64,000 bases of DNA from SAR86 cluster bacterium AG-422-E19 (GCA_003213595.1 QCMR01000003.1:7346-71345), one strand, 5' to 3'; numbered from the stretch's first letter, positions 1 to 9,516 are shown. Notes: a model not told the origin generated them from the sequence alone. Made by a program: numbers and translations.

Positions 1-812
1 TAAAATCTCTGGATCACTTTTTAAAAATCTGATGAACATTGTTGGAACCCACTGACTATGAGTGATCTTATACTTTTCTATAGCAGCTAATGCAGCCTCA
101 GGATCAAATTTTTCTAAGATAATGCTGGTTGCCCCCAAAGCAAGGAATCCTGTATTGAACCCCATTGGTGCCGAGTGATAGAGAGGAGCTGGAGATAGGT
201 AAACAGATTCTTCATCAGCAGAATACAATCCTTGAACAACGCGAGTTAGGCCTAAGTCATCTTCATCAGCTTTATAAGGTAAAGGACTTAAACTTATTTC
301 TCGACTAACGCCTTTTGGCTTTCCAGTTGTTCCTGAAGAATACAACATTGCAGCTCCTTGACACTCATCCTCTATGGGTGTGTCTGGCATATTTTTTATT
401 TCATCCTCATAAGACTTAAAATCATCTGTAATTCCATCAAGCATGAATTTGTGAACTCCTTCTAATGAATTGGCTAAAGACTTTGCAGAATCTTCAAGGA
501 ATTTACTTGTAATAAAAACTTTTGCGCCACAATCTTTAACAATATATTCGACTTCACTTGCCTGGAGTCTCCAGCTTATAGCTGTATATTTCAATCCACT
601 TCGATAAGCAGCAAAGGCGATTGGAAAAAATAACTTATGGTTTTCCATCATAAAAGCCATACTATCTCCAGGTTTAAGACCTAAAGATCTAAATAATTGA
701 GCTCCTTGATTTGATAATTCGTTTAATTCTTGGTGAGTGATTACGTCACCACTTCCCGCCATGATAATGGCCGGCTTATCTTGTAATTTAGGTCCGTTTA
801 TTCCTGGATGCA
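1..812 (-). CDS. Acyl-CoA synthetase / AMP-dependent ligase, 5' portion (3' end lies beyond the left edge)
   Basis: Not in the ORF track because it is open at the window edge. My translation of the reverse strand from ATG 812-810 reads MHPGINGPKLQDKPAIIMAGSGDVITHQELNELSNQGAQLFRSLGLKPGD... It contains the AMP-binding signature YSSGTTGKPKG and stays in frame to position 3. Confidence 0.85.
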
Positions 813-841
813 TGTCCTCTCCTCCAAATAATGTAAAATCA

Positions 842-853
842 AACTTATAAGTT
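842..853. promoter_or_regulatory. Candidate operator: perfect 12-bp palindrome AACTTATAAGTT in a divergent promoter spacer
   Basis: The palindrome sits in the 59-bp spacer between the acyl-CoA synthetase start (812) and the ketosynthase start (872). The region is AT-rich, so chance occurrence is not excluded. Confidence 0.25.
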
Positions 854-871
854 AATTTAAATAAATTTTAC

Positions 872-2524
872 ATGCAAGATTTTAAAAGATTTCCAGTTAT
901 TTGCAGTGTTGGAGGCATAAATTCAGCTGGAAGATCTTCTTTTGATTTTTCCTACAAACGACTAGTTATAGACAATCTTGATGCAAATTCTAAAAAAACA
1001 TTATTGAAAGACTTGAATTCACTTACGAATTCTGAAATTTCATCAGAAAAAGATATTTTTGAGAAAACTTTAGTAAGAAAAGTCAATTCAGATCTTTTTG
1101 ATCCAGATTTGCTTATGAAAGATGTCATGAATGTGAATGCCGCTGGACAACTGCCTGAAGGAATAAATCTTTCAAAAATGTATAACTCGAGACAACATCC
1201 CAAAGGAATTCAAATGACTATTTTTGGGGTTACCGATTGCTTGAAAAATATGGGCAAGGACTGGGATACTGAAATAAAACCATTATTGAATCCAAAAAAA
1301 ATAGGTGTTTTTTCTGGTCCTGCAATAGGGCAGCTAGACTACGAAGGAATGGGAGGCCTTTTACAGTCAAGAAAGATTGGTAAAAGAGCCAGTTCAAAAC
1401 ACCTGTCAATGTCTTTGATTGGTATGTCAGCAGATTTTATAAATGCTTATGTAATTGGATCTCTGGGAAAGACAGGAACTGTGGCTGGAGCTTGTGCAAC
1501 TTTTCTCTACAACTTAGATTTGGCTTTGAAAGGAATTAAAAATGATGAATTAGACTTTTCAATCGTTGGATCTGCAGAAGCGCCTATTAATCCAGAGATA
1601 ACAGATGGCTTTTTAGCTACTACAGGAATTGCTGATGATAAAAAAATTCTAGAAATGCAGATTAGAAATAACGACGATAACACTGAAGAAGTAGATCATA
1701 AAAATGCCTGTCGGCCCTTTGGAGATAATGCGGGAATGATTTTAGGAGAAGCAGCTCAATTTGTAGCTGTTACAACTTTAGAATTTGCATTGAAAAATGG
1801 TCTAAAGATACTTGGTGGTTTTACAGACGTAGCAATAAATGCGGATGGATTCAAAAAATCTATTAGTTCTCCAGGAATTGGTAACTACATTACAATGGCT
1901 CAATCTCTTTCTAATACTTTAAAAATAGGCTGCTCCATTCAAGAGAGTATTGTTATTGCTCATGGCACAGGGACCTTTCAAAATCGAAGTACCGAATCTG
2001 ATGTACTTAGTAGAGTCGCTGAGGGATTTAAATTAAAAAATTGGAAGGTTACTGCTCTGAAAGGGATGTTGGGTCATACCATGGGTCCCGCTGCTGGAGA
2101 CGAATTAATAACAGCTTTGGGAATTTGGAATCATGGTTTGATTCCAGGAATAAATACAACTAAGAAATTAGCCAATGATGTGTTATCAAATAATTTAGAT
2201 TTTTGTCTGAATACTCGAGAAGTGGATAGAGAAAAAATAGATGCTATCTTTTTAAATGCTAAAGGTTTTGGAGGCAATAATGGTTCTTGTGGTGTGGTAA
2301 GTCCAAGCTTCATAAAGTCAAAAATAAATAAAAGAGATTTTAAAAATTATGAGGAAAAACTTTCTGATACTGAAGCGAAAAGAAAGGTTTATTTAGAAGA
2401 AAGTAATAATGGAAATTACGATTTAATTTATCGCTTCAAAGAAGAAATTCTTGACCCTTCAGGGGATATGAAAATAACTAAAGATAAAATTTCTATATCT
2501 GATTACAAAGATATAGATTTATAA
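872..2524 (+). CDS. Stand-alone beta-ketoacyl synthase, KAS I/II type (possibly FabY-class)
   Basis: 550 aa with the Cys-His-His triad context: GTVAGACATFLY (Cys), IAHGTGT (His), MLGHTMGPAAG (His). The N-terminus VICSVGGINSAGRSSF resembles the FabY class as I recall it (unverified). Confidence 0.85.
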   Translation: MQDFKRFPVICSVGGINSAGRSSFDFSYKRLVIDNLDANSKKTLLKDLNSLTNSEISSEKDIFEKTLVRKVNSDLFDPDLLMKDVMNVNAAGQLPEGINLSKMYNSRQHPKGIQMTIFGVTDCLKNMGKDWDTEIKPLLNPKKIGVFSGPAIGQLDYEGMGGLLQSRKIGKRASSKHLSMSLIGMSADFINAYVIGSLGKTGTVAGACATFLYNLDLALKGIKNDELDFSIVGSAEAPINPEITDGFLATTGIADDKKILEMQIRNNDDNTEEVDHKNACRPFGDNAGMILGEAAQFVAVTTLEFALKNGLKILGGFTDVAINADGFKKSISSPGIGNYITMAQSLSNTLKIGCSIQESIVIAHGTGTFQNRSTESDVLSRVAEGFKLKNWKVTALKGMLGHTMGPAAGDELITALGIWNHGLIPGINTTKKLANDVLSNNLDFCLNTREVDREKIDAIFLNAKGFGGNNGSCGVVSPSFIKSKINKRDFKNYEEKLSDTEAKRKVYLEESNNGNYDLIYRFKEEILDPSGDMKITKDKISISDYKDIDL

Positions 2525-2525
2525 A

Positions 2526-3428
2526 CTACCTATCTAAAAGCTTGTCCTTAGGAAATAGTCTTCCAATTAGAGGTATAAGTGGTAACAAGTAAATATATTT
2601 TTTTGGGAAAAATCTTTGAATTCTGTCATACCAATGAGCATCCCCCCCAACTAATATTCTTTTATTTTTTTTCTTGATGTTTTTTAAAATAATTTTTGCT
2701 GCTGTATTGGCATTAATTGGAGCTTGATTTTTAAAAATCTCTCCTACCTCTTCTTTAGTTTTTGCTTTTGGACCAAACAGATTAGGTCTTTCATCTTCTC
2801 TTTCAAGATCTATTTCTAACTTATCGTTTTTCACGCCATAGTTTGCGATATTGGTACCAATATGACCTGGATGAACTGAATAAACCTCTACTGGCGAATT
2901 TTCCATTTTCATTTCAAGGGCTAAAGTTTCTGTAAAAGCTCTTACCCCATATTTACCGACATGATAAATGGATTGCGTAGGAACAGATAAAAGCCCAAAA
3001 ATAGATGAAGTGTTAATTATGGCTGCTTCGGGTCTTTTTTTAAGATGAGGTAAAAAAGCCCTTGTACCATTTATTACTCCATGGAGAAGAATCCCTAAAC
3101 CCCAGTCCCAATCCTCGTCAGTCGAATCCTCTATAGTTTGTGATAAAGCAACTCCAGCATTATTGAAAACCATATCCACAGCACCATGTTCATCTATGAC
3201 TTTCTGCGGCAAAGCGAAAACTGCCTCTTTATCACTGACATCTATTACATGTTTGGAAACACCTACATTGTAATTTTTTAAAAGTTCAGCAGTTTCATTG
3301 AGTGTATCTTCATTCCATTCTGCTAAAGCTATGTTTGCTCCTGATTTTGCAAGTTCTATGGCCAATTCTCTACCCATACCAGAACCTGCTCCGGTAATAA
3401 CTGCAACCTTACCTTCAAAATTTTTCAT
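2526..3428 (-). CDS. Short-chain dehydrogenase/reductase (SDR)
   Basis: TGAGSGMG nucleotide-binding motif, NNAG, and the YxxxK catalytic motif (YHVGK). Confidence 0.85.
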   Translation of the reverse strand: MKNFEGKVAVITGAGSGMGRELAIELAKSGANIALAEWNEDTLNETAELLKNYNVGVSKHVIDVSDKEAVFALPQKVIDEHGAVDMVFNNAGVALSQTIEDSTDEDWDWGLGILLHGVINGTRAFLPHLKKRPEAAIINTSSIFGLLSVPTQSIYHVGKYGVRAFTETLALEMKMENSPVEVYSVHPGHIGTNIANYGVKNDKLEIDLEREDERPNLFGPKAKTKEEVGEIFKNQAPINANTAAKIILKNIKKKNKRILVGGDAHWYDRIQRFFPKKYIYLLPLIPLIGRLFPKDKLLDR

Positions 3429-3491
3429 AATACTCTCCGCTTAATAAATATAATTTATGACAGTAGGACTGTCCAATTTTTAATAAATGTT

Positions 3492-4097
3492 TTATTTATG
3501 TATAGCTTTTTTAGATCCTAAGAATTCTAATATTGGATCTAAAGTCAATCCTTGAATGGTAGTCTCATCACCTTTGGTAGATGAAAATAAATTTTTTCCT
3601 AGTGATTCAAATCGATAGGCTCCACATGCCATGAAAGGCTCATCTTTATCAATGTAATTTTTAATTTCTGAATCTGTTAAAGATTTCATGGTAAGAGCTG
3701 CTTGAGCGTAATGCGACCAAACTTCTTTCCCATCTTTACAGATGCTGATACCACAGTTTTGGTAATGAGTATTTCCAGATAATTTAGATAATGTTTTGAA
3801 ACAGTTTTCCTTAGTTAATGGTTTACTAAAAATTTCGTCTTCATAACAACATATTTGATCCGAACCGATTACATAAGCGTTCTTCTTTTTATTGCTTACA
3901 TCTAAGGCTTTTGCTTTTGCTAAAGCAAGGCAATATTCTTTGAAATTATTACTTGATAAAGATTGTTTAAGCTCTTCTTCCTCCACTTCTGAAGGAACAA
4001 CTTCAAAAGAAATTCCTGAGTTTTCTAGAATCTTTTTTCTTATAGAAGAATTTGATGCAAGGATAACTTTTTGTTCAGGTAATGATTCTGAACTCAA
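3492..4097 (-). CDS. maf: Maf-like nucleoside triphosphate pyrophosphatase
   Basis: 201 aa with a Maf-type N-terminus VILASNSSIRKKILENSGISFEVVPSEVEEE. The TTG start overlaps the folE stop (TTGA). Confidence 0.8.
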   Translation of the reverse strand: MSSESLPEQKVILASNSSIRKKILENSGISFEVVPSEVEEEELKQSLSSNNFKEYCLALAKAKALDVSNKKKNAYVIGSDQICCYEDEIFSKPLTKENCFKTLSKLSGNTHYQNCGISICKDGKEVWSHYAQAALTMKSLTDSEIKNYIDKDEPFMACGAYRFESLGKNLFSSTKGDETTIQGLTLDPILEFLGSKKAIHK

Positions 4098-4714
4098 GAT
4101 TGGTTGGAGTTAGAATGTATAAGATTCATAAATTCTGTTCGAGTAATAGCGTTCTCTTTAAAAACACCCAACATTCTGCTTGTTACTGTACTTGTTTCGG
4201 TTTTATGAATTCCTCTTGTAGTCATGCATTGATGTGCAGCATCAATTACCACAGCAACTCCTTTTGGCTTTAAAACGTTATTTATTGTATCTGCGACTTG
4301 AGCAGTCATGGTTTCTTGAGTTTGTAACCTCTTCCCAAAAATATCAATTATTCTGGCTAATTTACTTATACCTACTACCCTTTGGTCGGGTATATAACCA
4401 ACGTGTGCAACGCCTAATATTGGAACCATATGATGTTCACAATGAGACTCAACTCGAATGCCCTTCACTATAACCATTTCATCATAGCCCTCGACTTGTT
4501 CAAAAGTTTTGGATAGGACTTCTTCAGGATCTTCATCGTAGCCGGCAAAGAATTCGCCGTATGCTTTGATTACTCGCTTAGGAGTCTCTACTAATCCTTC
4601 TCTAGTAGGATCGTCTCCAGCAAAAGCTAAAAGAGTTTTCACAGCTTCCATTGCCTCTTCAGGTGATGGTCTGGAAATTGGTATAGCCTTTTTGGCAAAA
4701 TTCTTCTTACTCAT
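4094..4714 (-). CDS. folE: GTP cyclohydrolase I
   Basis: Conserved block VESHCEHHMVPILGVAHVGYIP and the QERLT-like RLQTQE. Confidence 0.95.
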   Translation of the reverse strand: MSKKNFAKKAIPISRPSPEEAMEAVKTLLAFAGDDPTREGLVETPKRVIKAYGEFFAGYDEDPEEVLSKTFEQVEGYDEMVIVKGIRVESHCEHHMVPILGVAHVGYIPDQRVVGISKLARIIDIFGKRLQTQETMTAQVADTINNVLKPKGVAVVIDAAHQCMTTRGIHKTETSTVTSRMLGVFKENAITRTEFMNLIHSNSNQS

Positions 4715-4758
4715 TATAAATCCTTTACGGTTATATTTTACAGACTTTTTTATAACTT

Positions 4759-5106
4759 TTAATCATTATCTTCTTCAGGTAAGGGATTAAAAGGGAAAGG
4801 TCTTTCTTGACTACTATATGTTACAAAATCAATAATTTGAACAATGTAATTTCTTAATTTAATAGAAAAAGTTGATAAATGCGAATTTGGTTCCTTAGTG
4901 AACAAGGTAAATAAGAATTGTGTACCTGCAATAATCCATAAGACTAAATCTAAAAATCCTAACAAGAATAGGTAGAAAACAACCAAAACAGCTGTAATCC
5001 AAGTAGAAGGATGCTTAACCTTCTCAGGTATTACATCTTTAAAATTCTTCTTTTCTTCTAGTTCAACTTCGGCAATTTCCGACGAATCATCATTTTTTTC
5101 AGTCAT
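4759..5106 (-). CDS. DUF4389-like small membrane protein
   Basis: Two TM helices followed by the tail ...SSQERPFPFNPLP. I place the start at Met8 (ATG 5106-5104, ATGACTGA overlap with the gpsA stop) rather than the track start at 5127. Confidence 0.6.
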   Translation of the reverse strand: MTEKNDDSSEIAEVELEEKKNFKDVIPEKVKHPSTWITAVLVVFYLFLLGFLDLVLWIIAGTQFLFTLFTKEPNSHLSTFSIKLRNYIVQIIDFVTYSSQERPFPFNPLPEEDND

Positions 5107-6103
5107 AAGCGGTGTCAATATTACCACTTTCGTGGATAAACTTTAAAAAACATTTTTTTGGGTCTTTTTTTAAGTAAACAATCTTATATAAAGCATCAAT
5201 TATAGGCATATTTAAAGATAGCTTCTTCTTTTCTAAATAAAGAACTTTTAATGTTCTATGTCCTTCTACAGACTGCTTTACCATCGATAAAGCCTTACTA
5301 GGACTATTTCCTTTCCCTAAAAACTTTCCAAAGGAATAATTTCTACTTTTTTCAGAGCTACTTGTAGCTATTAAATCTCCAACTCCTGATAGACCAAGAA
5401 GAGTTAAAGGATTAGCATTGATTTTCTTAAAAAGTTCAGACATCTCTGATAAAGATCTTGTTAGCAACATAGCTTTTGTATTTGATTCAAAACCTAATCC
5501 ATCAGATAAGCCAGAGCATATTGCATACAAATTTTTTAAAGCTCCGGCCATTTCTATACCTTTAGTATCGTTTGATAAAAATATTTTAAAAAAATCACTA
5601 TTAAAGAAATCTGATACTTGTTTTAAAGATTTTTTATCACTTCCTGCAATTACTGATGCAGATATGTTTTTTCTCATAATTTCATCTGCAATATTTGGAC
5701 CTGAGAGAACCATGATATTTTTTTTTGAATGATTTGTTTCGTCTAAAAATACTTCACTCATGGTCATAAACGATTCATTTTCTATGCCTTTTGTTGCTAT
5801 CAAAATTTTTTGATTATTTAAGTATTTAGATATTTTTGAAGAAATTTTCCTAAAATCTTTGGAAGGAATTGCAATAATAATTAAGTTAGCACTTAAAACA
5901 GCTTCTTTGATATCTTCTTGAATTTTTAATTTTGAAGAAAGTTTGTATTTAGGGAGATATTTTTTATTAGTAAGAGTGTTTTTATTTTTAACAAAGATCT
6001 TAGGATCTCTTGCCCAGATGGAAACATTTAAGTCTTTTGCAGCTAACAAATTAGCAAGCGTAGTTCCCCAAGAACCCCCACCTAGCACTGAAATTTTATC
6101 CAT
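5099..6103 (-). CDS. gpsA: NAD(P)H-dependent glycerol-3-phosphate dehydrogenase
   Basis: Rossmann N-terminus ISVLGGGSWGTTLANLLA. The track ORF starts at 6142, but Met14 (6103) gives the canonical N-terminus and removes the overlap with the patatin gene. Confidence 0.9.
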   Translation of the reverse strand: MDKISVLGGGSWGTTLANLLAAKDLNVSIWARDPKIFVKNKNTLTNKKYLPKYKLSSKLKIQEDIKEAVLSANLIIIAIPSKDFRKISSKISKYLNNQKILIATKGIENESFMTMSEVFLDETNHSKKNIMVLSGPNIADEIMRKNISASVIAGSDKKSLKQVSDFFNSDFFKIFLSNDTKGIEMAGALKNLYAICSGLSDGLGFESNTKAMLLTRSLSEMSELFKKINANPLTLLGLSGVGDLIATSSSEKSRNYSFGKFLGKGNSPSKALSMVKQSVEGHRTLKVLYLEKKKLSLNMPIIDALYKIVYLKKDPKKCFLKFIHESGNIDTAYD

Positions 6104-6110
6104 GAAATAG

Positions 6111-6977
6111 TTACAAAATAAATTCTTTGGATTTTTCACCAAATCTTTCCCACCAACTTTCTCCCAATTTTTTAATTGAGTCTAAATTTCTTTTAGAGGT
6201 GTTATCAAATGACGATTTAATGCCAACAAGTGAAGAATCTACTCTTAAATAATTATCATTAAATAGGGATTGTGCAATAACATGTTCTATATTAGATTCC
6301 ATTAAGATCTGGATTATTCCGGCATTAAGCCAGGAAATTGAACCCCATTTTCTTGCTTTCCTTCCATCTAATCTTCTTTCATTATAGCCTGTACCAACAC
6401 TTAGAATTTTTATTTCTTCATTTGGCCATAAAGCTTTTGATTCTGCATGAGCTATAAGAACAGGATTATTAGTTGATACTGCACCATCAAGATACCATTG
6501 GCCTTCTATTGATTCGGCTGGAAAGTAAGTTGGTGCTGCTGAGGTTGCGGCAGCTACTCTTCTAGCTGGCAAGTAACCCTCTTTCCAAGATTTGAACATT
6601 TTTACCCGTCTTCTTTCCAGATCGAATGCAGTTATAATCAATGGTGTTTTTGCAGAACTCAGTGTTTCAGCTTTGAAATATTCTTCGAAAGTTTTTCTCT
6701 TTATTTTGCCCGCATATTTAGATCCCAAAAATCTATACCTTAAAGGGGAAAAAATTTTTTTAAGATTTTCTTTTGAATAAATTTTTACCAGATCGTCACC
6801 TTCAAGACCTAAAATTGAAATTGCCAGGGCTATTATGCCTCCTGTAGATGTACCTACAATTAGATCGAAGCTTTCTGAAAGTTTTTTATTGGTTGACTTA
6901 TCCAGTTCACTTAAGAATGTTGCTGAAGCTAAACCCCTTACTCCACCACCATCAATGGATAAAACATATTTAGTCAT
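6111..6977 (-). CDS. Patatin-like phospholipase
   Basis: GGGVRG oxyanion motif, GTSTGG (GxSxG nucleophile), and YLDGAV (Asp of the Ser-Asp dyad). Confidence 0.85.
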   Translation of the reverse strand: MTKYVLSIDGGGVRGLASATFLSELDKSTNKKLSESFDLIVGTSTGGIIALAISILGLEGDDLVKIYSKENLKKIFSPLRYRFLGSKYAGKIKRKTFEEYFKAETLSSAKTPLIITAFDLERRRVKMFKSWKEGYLPARRVAAATSAAPTYFPAESIEGQWYLDGAVSTNNPVLIAHAESKALWPNEEIKILSVGTGYNERRLDGRKARKWGSISWLNAGIIQILMESNIEHVIAQSLFNDNYLRVDSSLVGIKSSFDNTSKRNLDSIKKLGESWWERFGEKSKEFIL

Positions 6978-7033
6978 TGTTATTTTTAGATAAATTCAGC
7001 ATATTATGGACAAAACTATACTAAGTATTTCAA

Positions 7034-8473
7034 ATGAATTCATTTAATGCCAAAAAAATCGGTTTTTGGATTGGACTTGCGATTTTTGTTTGTATCTATT
7101 TCATGCCTGTCCCAGATGGATTATCAAACGAAGGTAAGCTAACTGCAGCTATTTTTTTACTGATGGGAATTTGGTGGGCTACTGAAGCAATGCCACTTTA
7201 TGCAACGGCTTTATTGCCTTTAATTTTCTTTCCTTTGTTAGGAATAGATCCAATTGGAGTAATCAGTAGAGAATACATGAATAAGGTTCAGTTCCTTTTT
7301 GCTGGTGGATTTATGATAGGAATTGCTATGCAAAAATGGAATTTACACAAAAGAATTGCACTTAATATCCTGAAATACAGTGGCATGCAGGCAAAAAATA
7401 TCGTGGCTGCTTTTATGCTAACAAGTGCAATTTTGAGTATGTGGGTTATGAATACTTCTACAGCAATAATGCTCTTGCCAATTGGAGTGTCAGTCATAGC
7501 TGTAATAAATGAGACAGTAAAAGATTTGCTTCCAAGTGAGAGTAAAAATTTTCAATTTGCCTTGTTACTAGGTATTGCATATTCAGCTTCTCTGGGAGGA
7601 ATATCTACTCCAATTGGAACTTCTCCAAATGGCTATCTTATTCAATATGCAAATGATAATTTTAATCAAGATATAGGTTTCATAAGTTGGCTTGCAATAG
7701 GACTGCCTGTGACAATAGTTATGGTACCTCTTGTTTGGTTTATTTTAACTTCTTTAATTTTTCCAATAAATTTTAAGGCTTCTCCGGAAACAAATTCAAA
7801 ACTAAGAACAATGCTTGAAGATTTAGGAAAGATTACTTCAGAGCAAAAAATGGTTGCAATAATTTTCTCGATAACTGCCTTTTGTTGGGTATTTAGAAAA
7901 TTATTAGACGATTTGCCAGGATTAGGTTTTTTAGAAGATGCAGTTATTGCAATGATAGGAGGCATCTCATTATTTTTTGTTAGTTCTAAAAATAGAGAAG
8001 ATTATTTGCTTAATTGGGATGACTTACAGCAAAAATTTCCATGGGGGCTTATCTTTTTGTTTGGTGGAGGTATGGCTTTAGCCTATGAAGTAAATTCCAC
8101 CGGCCTTGCTTCATGGTTAGCTAATTTGATACCTGCAGACGTCAATCCCATTATAGTAGTTGCTTTGATTATATTGTTGGTCTTATTCCTTACAGAGTTA
8201 ACGAGCAATCTAACAACGACAATTACTTTTATGCCCGTAATTGCTAGCGTAGGTTTCAATTTAGATATAAACCCTTTGCTGCTTACATTGCCGCTAACAA
8301 TTGTTGCTAGCTGTGCTTTCATGTTGCCAGTTGCAACTCCTCCCAACTCTATAGTCTTTGCTTCAAACTTAGTTCCCATTCAGCAAATGGTAAGAGCAGG
8401 AATTTTTATTAATTTAATTTCATTTCTATATATCCTTCTTTTATCGGTCTTTTATTACCCTCTAGTCTTATAG
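7034..8473 (+). CDS. DASS/SLC13-family anion:sodium symporter
   Basis: 479-aa polytopic membrane protein with duplicated hairpin motifs VMNTSTAIMLLP and LPVATPPNSIVF, typical of DASS transporters. Confidence 0.85.
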   Translation: MNSFNAKKIGFWIGLAIFVCIYFMPVPDGLSNEGKLTAAIFLLMGIWWATEAMPLYATALLPLIFFPLLGIDPIGVISREYMNKVQFLFAGGFMIGIAMQKWNLHKRIALNILKYSGMQAKNIVAAFMLTSAILSMWVMNTSTAIMLLPIGVSVIAVINETVKDLLPSESKNFQFALLLGIAYSASLGGISTPIGTSPNGYLIQYANDNFNQDIGFISWLAIGLPVTIVMVPLVWFILTSLIFPINFKASPETNSKLRTMLEDLGKITSEQKMVAIIFSITAFCWVFRKLLDDLPGLGFLEDAVIAMIGGISLFFVSSKNREDYLLNWDDLQQKFPWGLIFLFGGGMALAYEVNSTGLASWLANLIPADVNPIIVVALIILLVLFLTELTSNLTTTITFMPVIASVGFNLDINPLLLTLPLTIVASCAFMLPVATPPNSIVFASNLVPIQQMVRAGIFINLISFLYILLLSVFYYPLVL

Positions 8474-8479
8474 TAAAAT

Positions 8480-8502
8480 AACTTAAGTGTTGCACTTAGG
8501 TT
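8480..8502 (+). other. Stem-loop directly after the transporter stop codon
   Basis: AACTTAAGTG-TTG-CACTTAGGTT forms 10 bp (one G-U) with a 3-nt loop. No U-tract follows, so it is not a classic terminator. Confidence 0.35.
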
Positions 8503-8714
8503 CAATATCAGGGGTTCCTAGTAAAGTGCGTTTTATTCTTACCCTGTGAAGGAGGTGGTCCAAATTAGTATTAACGAATTAGCAGGAATTTCAGGGGGTG
8601 CCTCTTGACAACGGGTTAACCCGATTCCGACCTTTTGCCGGTTCGCCCGCTTAAGGTAAGAATTAAGTTGAAATACTTATTCTTAAGCCCCGTCAGAAAT
8701 GACGGGGTTTTTTT
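8503..8714 (+). ncRNA. Candidate structured small RNA of unassigned family
   Basis: There is no ATG between 8474 and 8697. The core is GC-rich (37 of 60 nt at 8591-8650). Nested helices are 8535-8543/8655-8663, 8550-8555/8601-8606 and the hairpin 8612-8623. It ends in an intrinsic terminator. The 5' boundary is a guess. Confidence 0.4.
8687..8714 (+). terminator. Rho-independent terminator
   Basis: GCCCCGTC-AGAAAT-GACGGGGT stem (7 GC-rich bp plus one G-U) followed by T7 (8708-8714). On the minus strand the same hairpin follows the SDR stop codon but lacks a U-run. Confidence 0.7.
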
Positions 8715-9516
8715 ATTCGCTCAAATCGTGACCAGTTGCAGAGATGGTTCCGCCATCGCAAGTAATGGTTTCTCCTACGGTGTAAGAACCAGCCTTTGAT
8801 GAAAGATATAAAGCTAAACCGCCGACATCTTCGGCTCTACCCATTCTATGGACCGGATTTCTAGAAATAATGCCATCATAGTTATGGGCTACTGCTGAAC
8901 CCAACATATCGCTGGGAAAAGGTCCTGGTGCAATGGCATTCACTAAAATGTCTTCTCTAACAAGTCTTGCGGCGAGCACTCTTGTCATGTGATGAACAGA
9001 GGCTTTTGATGCACTGTAAGGGTATGTTTCAAAAACAGGAGTTCCAATACCATCAATTGAACCTATGTTGATAACCCGAGAAGGATCTTCTCTTGTAGCT
9101 TTTTTCTTCAACAGTGGAAGAAACTTTTGCGTAGAGAAGAATACACTTTTGACATTCAGATCCATCACCTTATCCCAGCCTTTTTCTGAGAAAACATCTA
9201 TAGGTTCCGCCCATGCTGCTCCAGCATTATTTACCAAAATATCAATCCCAGATTCTAACGCCTCTACTTCTTTTACAAACTTCTCTATTCCTTCTAGAGA
9301 AGATAAGTCAGATGGAAGAGATGTACATTGAGCATTATATTTTTCCGAGAGTTCTATTGCCTTTGCATCACAAACATCAGCCTTTCTGGACGTAATGTAT
9401 ACAGTAGCGCCATTTGCTAAATACGCTGATGCAATCATTTCACCTATCCCTCGAGATCCTCCAGTGACAACTGCAACCTTGTCTTTTACTGAAAACAAAT
9501 CTTCAATTTTCATCAT
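8713..9516 (-). CDS. Short-chain dehydrogenase/reductase (SDR)
   Basis: VTGGSRGIG, NNAG, and YSASK (YxxxK). Confidence 0.85.
   Translation of the reverse strand: MMKIEDLFSVKDKVAVVTGGSRGIGEMIASAYLANGATVYITSRKADVCDAKAIELSEKYNAQCTSLPSDLSSLEGIEKFVKEVEALESGIDILVNNAGAAWAEPIDVFSEKGWDKVMDLNVKSVFFSTQKFLPLLKKKATREDPSRVINIGSIDGIGTPVFETYPYSASKASVHHMTRVLAARLVREDILVNAIAPGPFPSDMLGSAVAHNYDGIISRNPVHRMGRAEDVGGLALYLSSKAGSYTVGETITCDGGTISATGHDLSE

Noticed and set aside
6111-6977. The patatin-like phospholipase as a CBASS CapV-type defence effector.
   Set aside because: No CD-NTase or cyclase, and no other defence partner, is nearby. The gene sits head-to-tail directly upstream of gpsA in a housekeeping string with gpsA, folE and maf.
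8555-8608. A 17-codon GTG-initiated mini-ORF (VVQISINELAGISGGAS) preceded by a perfect AAGGAGG inside the intergenic element.
   Set aside because: The SD-like sequence abuts the GTG with zero spacing, and there is no ATG. The AGGAGG is better explained as one strand of a helix with CCTCTT (8601-8606).
8474-8712. Assignment of the structured element to tmRNA, RNase P, 4.5S/SRP, 6S or CsrB/Rsm-type RNA, or to the TPP, cobalamin, FMN, glycine, ZTP or guanidine-I riboswitches.
   Set aside because: I could not find the diagnostic cores by eye. That includes a GNRA-capped SRP domain IV, a tmRNA tag ORF ending in AA, the B12 box, the thi-box CUGAGA, and multiple GGA loops. No downstream plus-strand gene exists for a riboswitch. 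A computational Rfam search is still needed.
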